Shown here piece by piece: positions 18,809 through 26,538 of a DNA stretch of 47,052 nucleotides (position 1 is the first letter of the stretch; each line of letters starts with the position of its first letter). The notes under the pieces are model-generated. The model was not told where the DNA came from, searched no databases, and saw only the letters and a list, made by a program, of their open reading frames with translations. This DNA comes from a virus (Duplodnaviria > Caudoviricetes): positions 1 through 47,052 of IMG/VR virus record IMGVR_UViG_3300032312_000611. One strand, given 5' to 3'. The position numbers and the translations under genes were made by a program.

Positions 18809-20576
18809 TGATTTTTTAGACGTATTAAAAGAAAATCAATTTAATGAAAAACCAGTAGATGTTAAAACATTTGTTGAGTCATCTGAATATCTTGGTCAAC
18901 CAACCTTGTCACCAATTCAATATGACATAGTAGAAGCAATGAGTCAAATATATAAAAAAGAAGATTTACAAGAACTTTATGGATCTGTAGAGGGGGCTAG
19001 ATACTATGAAAAATATACAAAAAATGAAATCATATTACAGTTGGGGAAGGGTAGCGGTAAAGATTTTACTTCCACTGTTGCTTGTGCTTACATTGTTTAT
19101 AAGTTACTTTGTCTTAAAGACCCCGCAAAATACTTCGGAAAACCAAGCGGAGATGCAATAGATTTAATTAACGTTGCTATTAACGCACAACAGGCTAAGA
19201 ATGTTTTCTTTAAAGGTTTTAAAACAAAGATTGAAAAGTCTCCTTGGTTTGCAGGTAAATATAATGCTAAGGCTGATAGTGTTGAGTTTGATAAATCAAT
19301 TACTGTTTACTCTGGACATTCAGAGAGAGAATCTCATGAAGGTTTAAACTTGTTGCTTGCAGTACTTGATGAAATTTCTGGATTTGTTTCTGAAGTTGGA
19401 ACTGGTAATGAACAAGGCAAGACTGCAGAAAATATCTATAAAGCATTTCGTGGATCGGTAGACTCTCGTTTTCCAGATCTTGGCAAAGTTGTTCTTCTTT
19501 CATTTCCTCGTTATCAGGGTGACTTTATTTCAAAACGGTATGAAGATGTAATTATGGAAAAAGAATCAATAGAAAAAAAACATACCTTTATTATGAATGA
19601 AGAATTACCACACGATGATCCAAGCAATCAATTTGAAATTACATGGGAAGAAGATCAAATTATTTCCTATAAAGTTCCAAGGGTATTAGCATTTAAAAGA
19701 CCTACTTGGGAAGTAAATCCAACAAGAAAAATAGATGATTTTAAACTAGCATTCTATACAGACCTTGGCGATGCCATGATGCGTTTTGCATGTGTTCCAA
19801 CGTATGCATCAGATGCTTTCTTTAAACAAAAAGAAAAGTTAGAAAAATGTATGAATACAAGAAACCCTATAGATTCGTTTAAAAGGTTTGAAGAAACATT
19901 TAAACCAGATCCAGAAAAAATATACTATATTCATGCAGACCTTGCACAAAAACATGACAAGTGTGCTATTGCTATTGCACATGTTGATAAATGGGTTAAC
20001 ATTCAAGTTATTAAAGATTATGAGCAGGTAGCACCCATAGTTGTTGTTGATGCTGTTGTGTGGTGGGAACCAAGATCAGAGGGTCCAGTTAATTTATCTG
20101 AAGTAAAACAATGGATAATTAATTTACGCAGAGAAGGATTTAATCTTGGTATGGTTTCTTTTGACCGATGGCAATCATTTGATATTCAAAATGAACTACA
20201 GGCTGTTGGAATTAAAACAGAAACTGTTTCAGTTGCTAAAAAACATTACGAAGATTTAGCAATGATGATTTATGAAGAGCGAGTGGCAATCCCTATGATT
20301 CCATTATTATTAGAAGAAATGTCAGAATTAAAAATTATGAAGGGTAATAGAGTGGATCACCCTCGTAAAAAATCCAAAGACTTAGCAGATGCGGTCTGTG
20401 GAGCAGTGTTTGGGGCAATATCTCATACCCCAAAAAATAATAATACAGAAATTGAGGTCCATACCTGGAGTTCTGCAACTCGACTTGCGGAGAAAACTCA
20501 ACGTATGGTAGAATTAGATAATCGAGAAATGCCTAACGATGTTAAGGATTTTCTAGATAATCTAAACTTAATATAA
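18792..20576 (+). CDS. terL: Terminase large subunit
   Basis: Walker A GKGSGKD, Walker B LLAVLDE, RNase H-type nuclease motifs HADLA, SFDRW, SKDLAD. Confidence 0.88.
   Translation: MSKMFNDFLDVLKENQFNEKPVDVKTFVESSEYLGQPTLSPIQYDIVEAMSQIYKKEDLQELYGSVEGARYYEKYTKNEIILQLGKGSGKDFTSTVACAYIVYKLLCLKDPAKYFGKPSGDAIDLINVAINAQQAKNVFFKGFKTKIEKSPWFAGKYNAKADSVEFDKSITVYSGHSERESHEGLNLLLAVLDEISGFVSEVGTGNEQGKTAENIYKAFRGSVDSRFPDLGKVVLLSFPRYQGDFISKRYEDVIMEKESIEKKHTFIMNEELPHDDPSNQFEITWEEDQIISYKVPRVLAFKRPTWEVNPTRKIDDFKLAFYTDLGDAMMRFACVPTYASDAFFKQKEKLEKCMNTRNPIDSFKRFEETFKPDPEKIYYIHADLAQKHDKCAIAIAHVDKWVNIQVIKDYEQVAPIVVVDAVVWWEPRSEGPVNLSEVKQWIINLRREGFNLGMVSFDRWQSFDIQNELQAVGIKTETVSVAKKHYEDLAMMIYEERVAIPMIPLLLEEMSELKIMKGNRVDHPRKKSKDLADAVCGAVFGAISHTPKNNNTEIEVHTWSSATRLAEKTQRMVELDNREMPNDVKDFLDNLNLI
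20485..20514 (+). promoter_or_regulatory. Promoter in the terL 3' end for the surface-protein gene
   Basis: TTGCGG-N18-TAGAAT with TG extension. Confidence 0.5.
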
Positions 20577-20592
20577 ACTAATAAGGAGAAGA

Positions 20593-21603
20593 ATGAACTC
20601 ATTCAAGAAAGTATCGCTAATCATCGCTGCAGCCCTGACTAGCACAATGCTCGTATCGCCAGCAGCGCAAGCAAATGCTGGAACTGTCACATTAACAGTG
20701 GCGGGATCTGCAGCAACAGGTGGAACAGTAGTAACAACTCCTGTATCTCTACCAGTGCCAGCAGACAACAGTATCGATGCAGCAGATGCATTAAAGATTG
20801 CTGTAACATCAGTAGACACAGGAACAGTAGTAACAGCAGTTGCAGTAAATGCAACTATTGTGCCTGCTCTTGCAGCAACTGGTTCAGCAGTAACAGCATC
20901 ATCTGGAACATCAACACTATCAATTGCAACAGGAACTGGAACATCAGCAGACTTTTATGTATATACTAAAAGTACAGCAGTAGGATCAGTGTCCATTACT
21001 CGTGCTGGAACTACAACAATTTATTATGTTCAAGGTACCGCAGGTGCGCTGAACTCAATTACATTGACCGCTCCTGCTTCAGCAGCAGCAGGTACATCAC
21101 AAGTACTTAAAGTATCTGGCTTTGACGTGTTCGGTAATCTAAAAGGTGGAGCCACAATTAATACATTGGTTTCAAACTCTGGTGCAGCAACTGCAACAGC
21201 ATTAACAACTGACACAGCAACAGCAACAATTGGAACAAAAGAGCAGACAATTACAATTCCTGCAACTGGTTCAGTAACAGTAGTTGCATATGCAACAGTA
21301 GCATCAGCCGTAACAGGCTTAGCAGCACCAGTTGGTTCTGTAAGCGCTACAATTGTAGTTCGTGATATTGCATCAGAACTTGCAGCAAAGAATGCAGAGT
21401 TAGCAGTTGCTAATTCAGCACTAGCAGCAGAACGTGCTGGACGTGCAGCCGATAAGGTAGCATCAGATTCAGCAACAGCAACTTTAAAGGCAGAAAACGA
21501 AACTTTAAAGAATATTATTGCAGATCTAAAAGCAAAATTCAATGCTTTGGCTAAAAAGTGGAATGCAAAATTCCCTAAGTTAAAGGTAAATTGGATTAAG
21601 TAA
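20593..21603 (+). CDS. Secreted Ala/Thr-rich surface protein (Ig-like beta region + C-terminal coiled coil)
   Basis: Signal peptide MNSFKKVSLIIAAAL...AQA; C-terminal FNALAKKWNAKFPK; strong GCA/ACA codon bias; TAAGGAG RBS. Confidence 0.75.
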   Translation: MNSFKKVSLIIAAALTSTMLVSPAAQANAGTVTLTVAGSAATGGTVVTTPVSLPVPADNSIDAADALKIAVTSVDTGTVVTAVAVNATIVPALAATGSAVTASSGTSTLSIATGTGTSADFYVYTKSTAVGSVSITRAGTTTIYYVQGTAGALNSITLTAPASAAAGTSQVLKVSGFDVFGNLKGGATINTLVSNSGAATATALTTDTATATIGTKEQTITIPATGSVTVVAYATVASAVTGLAAPVGSVSATIVVRDIASELAAKNAELAVANSALAAERAGRAADKVASDSATATLKAENETLKNIIADLKAKFNALAKKWNAKFPKLKVNWIK

Positions 21604-21614
21604 TTACTTAAATT

Positions 21615-21647
21615 AAAAGGGTTAGCCAAGTGCTAGCCCTTTTTTTT
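21615..21647 (+). terminator. Intrinsic terminator
   Basis: AGGGTTAGC-CAAGT-GCTAGCCCT followed by a T run. Confidence 0.85.
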
Positions 21648-21657
21648 ATTTAAAAAA

Positions 21658-21666
21658 TGGTATAAT
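21658..21666 (+). promoter_or_regulatory. Extended -10 promoter
   Basis: TGGTATAAT directly after the terminator; AGGAG RBS downstream. Confidence 0.65.
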
Positions 21667-21702
21667 TACTAATATAATTACACATAGGAGACCACCACTC
21701 AA

Positions 21703-24306
21703 TTGACCAATTTTAAACGAAGACTAATATTAGGCTTTGGGGTTGGTTTGTGTGTTACAATTTTTGGAATAATGGCACCAGATCATGCTGGCGCTACAGA
21801 AAATCAAGAACAAGTTGTTGTTAGTCCTGCTCAACAGGCAGTTAATACAGCCCTTGCAACAGCCACTACAGAGGTTCAGCAAGCCATTGCAGCCACAGAT
21901 ACTGCCACCGCCACCATAGCCGTAGCAGTTGCTGAAAGGGTAGAGGCTCAAGCAACGGTAGACACATTGACAGCCACAGTAGCGGTAGCACAATCAAATG
22001 TAGTATTAGTAGACACAGCCACTGCCACAATTAATAACATAAACTTAGCCGTCACACCAATAGATCAAAGTTCTCAGATAGTTATAGATGCAAAAAATAC
22101 AATTACAACAGCCCAAACCTCTATAAATAATATTGACACATCAACTGCACAGGTACAAATATCTGAAGCCATTGCAGCAAAAACAACAGCAACAACAGCA
22201 CAAGCCACCGCACAAACCGAACTAACCCAAGCCAACATTGCAATTGATAATGCTCAAACAGCAGTAAATAATTTACAAGCCACCATTGGAACTAGCACTA
22301 ATGTTCTTGCTGGAGTAGATGATGCTGGTGTTCAAATGAACCTTCCGTTTGGAATGCAGATGGGTGGAACTGTTTATAACAATGTTTATGTTGGATCTAA
22401 TGCAACCGTAACATTTGGTGTTAACGAAGGTCCTAATTATTATTCTACTCCAAGTGCACCATCCGTATCTATTGCTGGCTGGGACTGGACAACCTGGAGT
22501 ACTGGAACTGGAATTACGTATTCAACTACTGGAACAAGTTTAGATATTGCATGGGATCTTCGCCCTTATCCACAACAAGATGCTTCAACACAAATGGTTC
22601 AAGTAAGATTTAATGCTGATGTGAATCCCAATGATGGTGCTTGGATGGCAACTGTTAGTGCTAATGGACCAATACCTAATGGAGCAAGATTTAATTATAG
22701 AGAAACTACAAATGGAAATGTAACTAATATTGAGGATATAAATTCTGGGTCAGGATTTAACGGACAAATAAGTCAAGGTGCAGCATTTACTCCATATGTA
22801 GACCCAAATACTTCAACAATTCAAGCAGCAGTAGATTCTGCAAACGCTACAATTGCACAGTTAAACTCAAGTCTTACTCCAGTAGTTGCTCAAAATACTA
22901 CAAACACATCAGCAATAAATGCTATTAATACAACATCTTTAAGTAATGCCGTAAACTCAACGGTATCTAGTAAGACAAACTTACAAACACAATTAAATAC
23001 AAATGCTCAAGAGTTAATTACAGCAATTAACACTAATATTCCTACACCAGCACCCATCATTACAATCCCAGCAATTGGTCCATTAATGTATGTTGAAGTA
23101 GATATGCCAACAGGATATGAAGGAAACACTTGGTTTTATCAGGTAGTAACTGAAGATCCTGACGCAGAAAATCCATATGAAGGACAAACCTTAAATACAG
23201 ACGGTGCTCCTGCATCTATTGAATTAAGTGGTTTGACACAAGGTGCTACTTATACTGTTAGAGTTGCTAACTGGTCTGGACCTGTAAGTGAGTATACAGA
23301 GGTTGTTATTTCTATACCCGCACCAGAAGAAATTGTTATAGCCCCAGCCCCAGAGCCAGTTTTTATTTATGCGCCTGAACAAACCTTACCAGACGAGACC
23401 ATTCCAACTGAAGAGGAGAATACAGAAACAGAAGAGATTCCTGTAGAGGAAATTCCTGTGGAAGAGATCCCTGTTGAAGAAGTGCCTTTTGAAGAAACTG
23501 AATCTCCCGAAACGGATACACCTGAATCTGATGAATCTTCATCCAACGATGAACTAGAAAGTATTCTTGAAGAAAATCAGGATTCTTTTGAAGAAATAGC
23601 ACAAGATAATGATACCTTATCTGTAGAACAAATACAAGACATAGTTAGTGATTTAGTTGCAGATAGTGGTTTAAATGCATTTGAAGTTGCAGAAGTATTA
23701 GAGGCAATTGCTCAGGGCGGAGAGGTATCTGAAGAAGTTGCTGCAGAAGTTTCATCTGTATTATCAGAGGGTGGACTAACAGAATCAGAAGCAGATTTTA
23801 TTACAGAAATGCTTTCTGCAGATGGAGAAATAACAACTGCAGAAGTTGTTAATTTGTCAGAGGCATTAAACGAAGACGGTAAGTTTACTTTAGTAGAAAA
23901 AGATTTAGTTGCAGACGTATTAGTATCATCAGCAGAGGGAGCACCAGTAACTGCTGCAAACATAGAATCGGCGGGACTTGAATATCGTGATCTTCCACCT
24001 ACAATTCCAGTAGAGGTAAGAGAAGATGCAAACGGAAACCCCGTAGTAATTCAAGCAGAGGTAGCATCTGCCCTCCTTGTATTAGAAAGTCCAGCAGCAT
24101 TATTAGATGCGGTTGCTACTTGTTTTAATCCAGATGAAGCAATTGAAGGTTTGACAGAAGAGCAAAAATGTGAGTTGGGTAAAGCCTTACTCAGCATGGG
24201 TGCTGACATGTCTATACCAGAACGTGAAAAAGCAGAAGATATTGTAGTTGTAACAATTATTGCTGGTCAATTAGTTGTTGCTACTGCACCTAGAAGAAGG
24301 AGATAA
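21703..24306 (+). CDS. Large secreted, C-terminally anchored protein (coiled coil, NIDO-like, FN3-like, acidic stalk)
   Basis: Signal peptide; A/T/Q heptads; DDAG...LPFG...YNNVYVGSNATVTFG; LSGLTQGATYTVRVAN; E-rich region; hydrophobic tail ending RRRR. Confidence 0.75.
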   Translation: MTNFKRRLILGFGVGLCVTIFGIMAPDHAGATENQEQVVVSPAQQAVNTALATATTEVQQAIAATDTATATIAVAVAERVEAQATVDTLTATVAVAQSNVVLVDTATATINNINLAVTPIDQSSQIVIDAKNTITTAQTSINNIDTSTAQVQISEAIAAKTTATTAQATAQTELTQANIAIDNAQTAVNNLQATIGTSTNVLAGVDDAGVQMNLPFGMQMGGTVYNNVYVGSNATVTFGVNEGPNYYSTPSAPSVSIAGWDWTTWSTGTGITYSTTGTSLDIAWDLRPYPQQDASTQMVQVRFNADVNPNDGAWMATVSANGPIPNGARFNYRETTNGNVTNIEDINSGSGFNGQISQGAAFTPYVDPNTSTIQAAVDSANATIAQLNSSLTPVVAQNTTNTSAINAINTTSLSNAVNSTVSSKTNLQTQLNTNAQELITAINTNIPTPAPIITIPAIGPLMYVEVDMPTGYEGNTWFYQVVTEDPDAENPYEGQTLNTDGAPASIELSGLTQGATYTVRVANWSGPVSEYTEVVISIPAPEEIVIAPAPEPVFIYAPEQTLPDETIPTEEENTETEEIPVEEIPVEEIPVEEVPFEETESPETDTPESDESSSNDELESILEENQDSFEEIAQDNDTLSVEQIQDIVSDLVADSGLNAFEVAEVLEAIAQGGEVSEEVAAEVSSVLSEGGLTESEADFITEMLSADGEITTAEVVNLSEALNEDGKFTLVEKDLVADVLVSSAEGAPVTAANIESAGLEYRDLPPTIPVEVREDANGNPVVIQAEVASALLVLESPAALLDAVATCFNPDEAIEGLTEEQKCELGKALLSMGADMSIPEREKAEDIVVVTIIAGQLVVATAPRRRR
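23431..23490 (+). repeat. 4 x 15-nt coding tandem repeat (EEIPV/EEVPF)
   Basis: gaagagattcctgta gaggaaattcctgtg gaagagatccctgtt gaagaagtgcctttt. Confidence 0.8.
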
Positions 24307-24307
24307 A

Positions 24308-24481
24308 ATGAAAAAGTTAAAACAATGGGGTATGGCAGCCTTAAATGAGAACTTTACATTCCTGGGCTTCTTTGTAGCATGGGTGGTTTTAGAGGGTAGC
24401 GCAAAGACGGTAGTAGGGTATGTAACCCTATTATCAGTAGCCATATGGTTTGCAACCATAGGAATTCGTAAAGAAGACTAA
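24308..24481 (+). CDS. Small two-TM membrane protein
   Basis: 57 aa, two hydrophobic segments; AAGGAG RBS; starts 1 nt after the upstream stop. Confidence 0.7.
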   Translation: MKKLKQWGMAALNENFTFLGFFVAWVVLEGSAKTVVGYVTLLSVAIWFATIGIRKED

Positions 24482-24536
24482 TACTATTATTGATAATACT
24501 ATAAAACATTGATTTAATGTGTAGTATAATATAAAT

Positions 24537-24722
24537 ATGAAAAAGTTGACGTCAGCCTTACTTTGCGGTATACTTGTAATGAGCCTTTCTGCTTGTTCAT
24601 CTCGATACAGGTATGAATGTCAAAATCCAGAAAATTGGAAAGAAGCAAAGTGTAATCCGCCAGTTTGCGAAGCAACTGGTACATGCACAAAAGACTTAGT
24701 AAAGGAAAATAACAATGGGTAA
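24537..24722 (+). CDS. Small Cys-rich lipoprotein (leaderless)
   Basis: Lipobox LSAC plus four more Cys; TATAAT at 24525-24530, 6 nt before the ATG. Confidence 0.7.
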   Translation: MKKLTSALLCGILVMSLSACSSRYRYECQNPENWKEAKCNPPVCEATGTCTKDLVKENNNG

Positions 24723-25119
24723 AAGAAGAACGCAAGCAGAACTAGATGGTTTATTAAAGTTTGTTTTAGGTCTTACTTTAGGGGCAATTTTATTTTTTAC
24801 AACAATGGGTATTTTATATGCCTTAGTTTTTGTTGAGCAACCATTAACTGGTCAATCCGAAAACGATAAAATGTTTTTTAATGTTCTTGGTAGCGTAGCA
24901 ACATTTATTACTGGAACACTTGCAGGTATTTTAATTGGTCAGTCTGGTGCAAAAGATATTATGGATGCACAGTTGTCTAACAAAGAAATGGATTCTAAAA
25001 ATACATTAGCAGATAAAAAACTTGAATCAGAAATTGATGAAGCAAAAGCACGGAGATTAAACAAGCCTGATGGAGCAATGCCAGAGGAACAACCTGTTGA
25101 TGTAAATTGGGATAAATAA
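24715..25119 (+). CDS. Two-TM membrane protein (holin candidate)
   Basis: Two hydrophobic helices, charged C-terminus; coupled to the endolysin gene. Confidence 0.6.
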   Translation: MGKRRTQAELDGLLKFVLGLTLGAILFFTTMGILYALVFVEQPLTGQSENDKMFFNVLGSVATFITGTLAGILIGQSGAKDIMDAQLSNKEMDSKNTLADKKLESEIDEAKARRLNKPDGAMPEEQPVDVNWDK

Positions 25120-25694
25120 TGGCGGAGCAAGGTACAGCAGCCCGTCTTATTGAAGTTGCTACTGCAGAAGTAGGAACTGTTGAAGGTCCTAAAGACAATG
25201 AAACCAAGTATGGTAAGTTTACTAAAACAGATTTTCAACCATGGTGTGGTTCATTTGTAAATTGGTGTGCTAATGAAGCAGGAGTAAAAATTCCAAATAC
25301 TGTTTACACTCCTGGTGGCGCACAAGCATTTAAAAAAGCAAACTCATGGATTGACGGTGACTTAGCAGATCCAGAGCCAGGAGATATTGCATACTTTGAT
25401 TTTCCATCTGACGGGGTAGACAGAATTAGCCACGTAGCAATAGTAGTAGCAGACAACGGAGATGGAACAGTCTGGTGTGTTGAAGGTAACACTTCTGGAG
25501 ATCCTAAAGGTAGCCAACGTAATGGTGGAGAAGTTTGTAAAAAACTTCGTGCCTTTAAGAAAAATAAAAAAGGAATTATGGTTTCTATTGTAGGGTTTGG
25601 TAGACCTAAGTTTGGTTCTGCTCCCGCAAGTACTGCTAAAAAGCCTGCTGGTAAGCCTAAAACATGCTCAGCATGTGGTCAAAATATTAAATAA
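25119..25694 (+). CDS. CHAP-domain endolysin
   Basis: QPWCGSFV (Cys), PGDIAYF, SHVAIV (His), VEGNT. Confidence 0.85.
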   Translation: MAEQGTAARLIEVATAEVGTVEGPKDNETKYGKFTKTDFQPWCGSFVNWCANEAGVKIPNTVYTPGGAQAFKKANSWIDGDLADPEPGDIAYFDFPSDGVDRISHVAIVVADNGDGTVWCVEGNTSGDPKGSQRNGGEVCKKLRAFKKNKKGIMVSIVGFGRPKFGSAPASTAKKPAGKPKTCSACGQNIK

Positions 25695-25700
25695 AGGTCT

Positions 25701-25729
25701 TTGATTAAGCAATAATCATTTGCTATACT
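25701..25729 (+). promoter_or_regulatory. Promoter
   Basis: TTGATT-N17-TATACT with TG extension. Confidence 0.65.
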
Positions 25730-25758
25730 TAAAGGGTACACTCTGAGGGGATTTCTGT

Positions 25759-26283
25759 ATGACTGTTCTTGCTGTGGTTCGTCATGAAAATAAAATCTAC
25801 ATGGCTGGTGATCGTGGTGCCTCAGATGATAATACTATTCTTTCATTAACAGCACCAAAGGTTTGGAAACTTGGCCCATATTTGCTTGGATATGCAGGGG
25901 CATTAGATGGTGAACGCATTCGTTATAATTTTAACCCATATGTGCCAGACATAAAAGATATAGACAAATTTATGCAAACTAAATTTATTAAACAACTTAA
26001 AAATTTTTATAATGACTGGTGGGTTGATACTGGTAAAGAGGCTGATCTTGGTTTAATCATTTGTGTTAAAGGACAAATATATGAACACAATGCAGTGGAT
26101 ATGTCTTTATCTAAATATAATTTAGATTATTTAGCAATGGGTTCTGGTGCTGAATATGCTTATGGATATTTAAATGCTACAGAAAAATCTAAAGACCCTC
26201 GTAAACGAGTTATGGGGGCGGTAAGTGCTGCTATTAAATTTAGTCCATCCTGTATGGGGCCAGTTGACGTAGTAAGCATTTAA
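25759..26283 (+). CDS. Ntn hydrolase (proteasome-beta/HslV-like fold)
   Basis: Thr at position 2, MAGDR, PKV, GYAG, YLAMGSG. Confidence 0.75.
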   Translation: MTVLAVVRHENKIYMAGDRGASDDNTILSLTAPKVWKLGPYLLGYAGALDGERIRYNFNPYVPDIKDIDKFMQTKFIKQLKNFYNDWWVDTGKEADLGLIICVKGQIYEHNAVDMSLSKYNLDYLAMGSGAEYAYGYLNATEKSKDPRKRVMGAVSAAIKFSPSCMGPVDVVSI

Positions 26284-26292
26284 AGGTATAAT
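26264..26292 (+). promoter_or_regulatory. Promoter for a leaderless gene
   Basis: TTGACG-N17-TATAAT-N6-ATG(26299). Confidence 0.75.
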
Positions 26293-26298
26293 TTATAT

Positions 26299-26517
26299 AT
26301 GGCAAATTTTGATGACATATTAAAAGATATTCAAAGCGAAGCATCAAATCTTGATGAGTTTGAGATTTGGTTAAACAATGGAATTGATCGAGGATGGGTA
26401 ACAGAACCATTCTGTAACACTCATGAAGGAGATCCTTATATGAGTGAAGAAGAGTCACAAGAATGGGAAGAGGGCGGAGACCCTTGTCAGGTTGTAATTA
26501 AAATAAACAACAATTAA
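26299..26517 (+). CDS. Small acidic protein
   Basis: 72 aa, FCNTHEG...GGDPC. Confidence 0.7.
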   Translation: MANFDDILKDIQSEASNLDEFEIWLNNGIDRGWVTEPFCNTHEGDPYMSEEESQEWEEGGDPCQVVIKINNN

Positions 26518-26538
26518 AAAATAATTTAGGGGGTAAAT

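Noticed and set aside
10446-20576. Inteins or introns in DnaE, RecA or TerL
   Set aside because: Lengths are ordinary, frames are uninterrupted, and no splicing or homing-endonuclease motifs were seen
20568-23963. Antisense ORFs such as 21030-21629, 21730-21993 and 23712-23963
   Set aside because: They are shadows of strongly biased sense-strand codons and have no RBS or motifs
26299-26517. Acidic protein next to the Ntn hydrolase as a Pup mimic
   Set aside because: Its GG motif is internal, not a C-terminal GGE/GGQ
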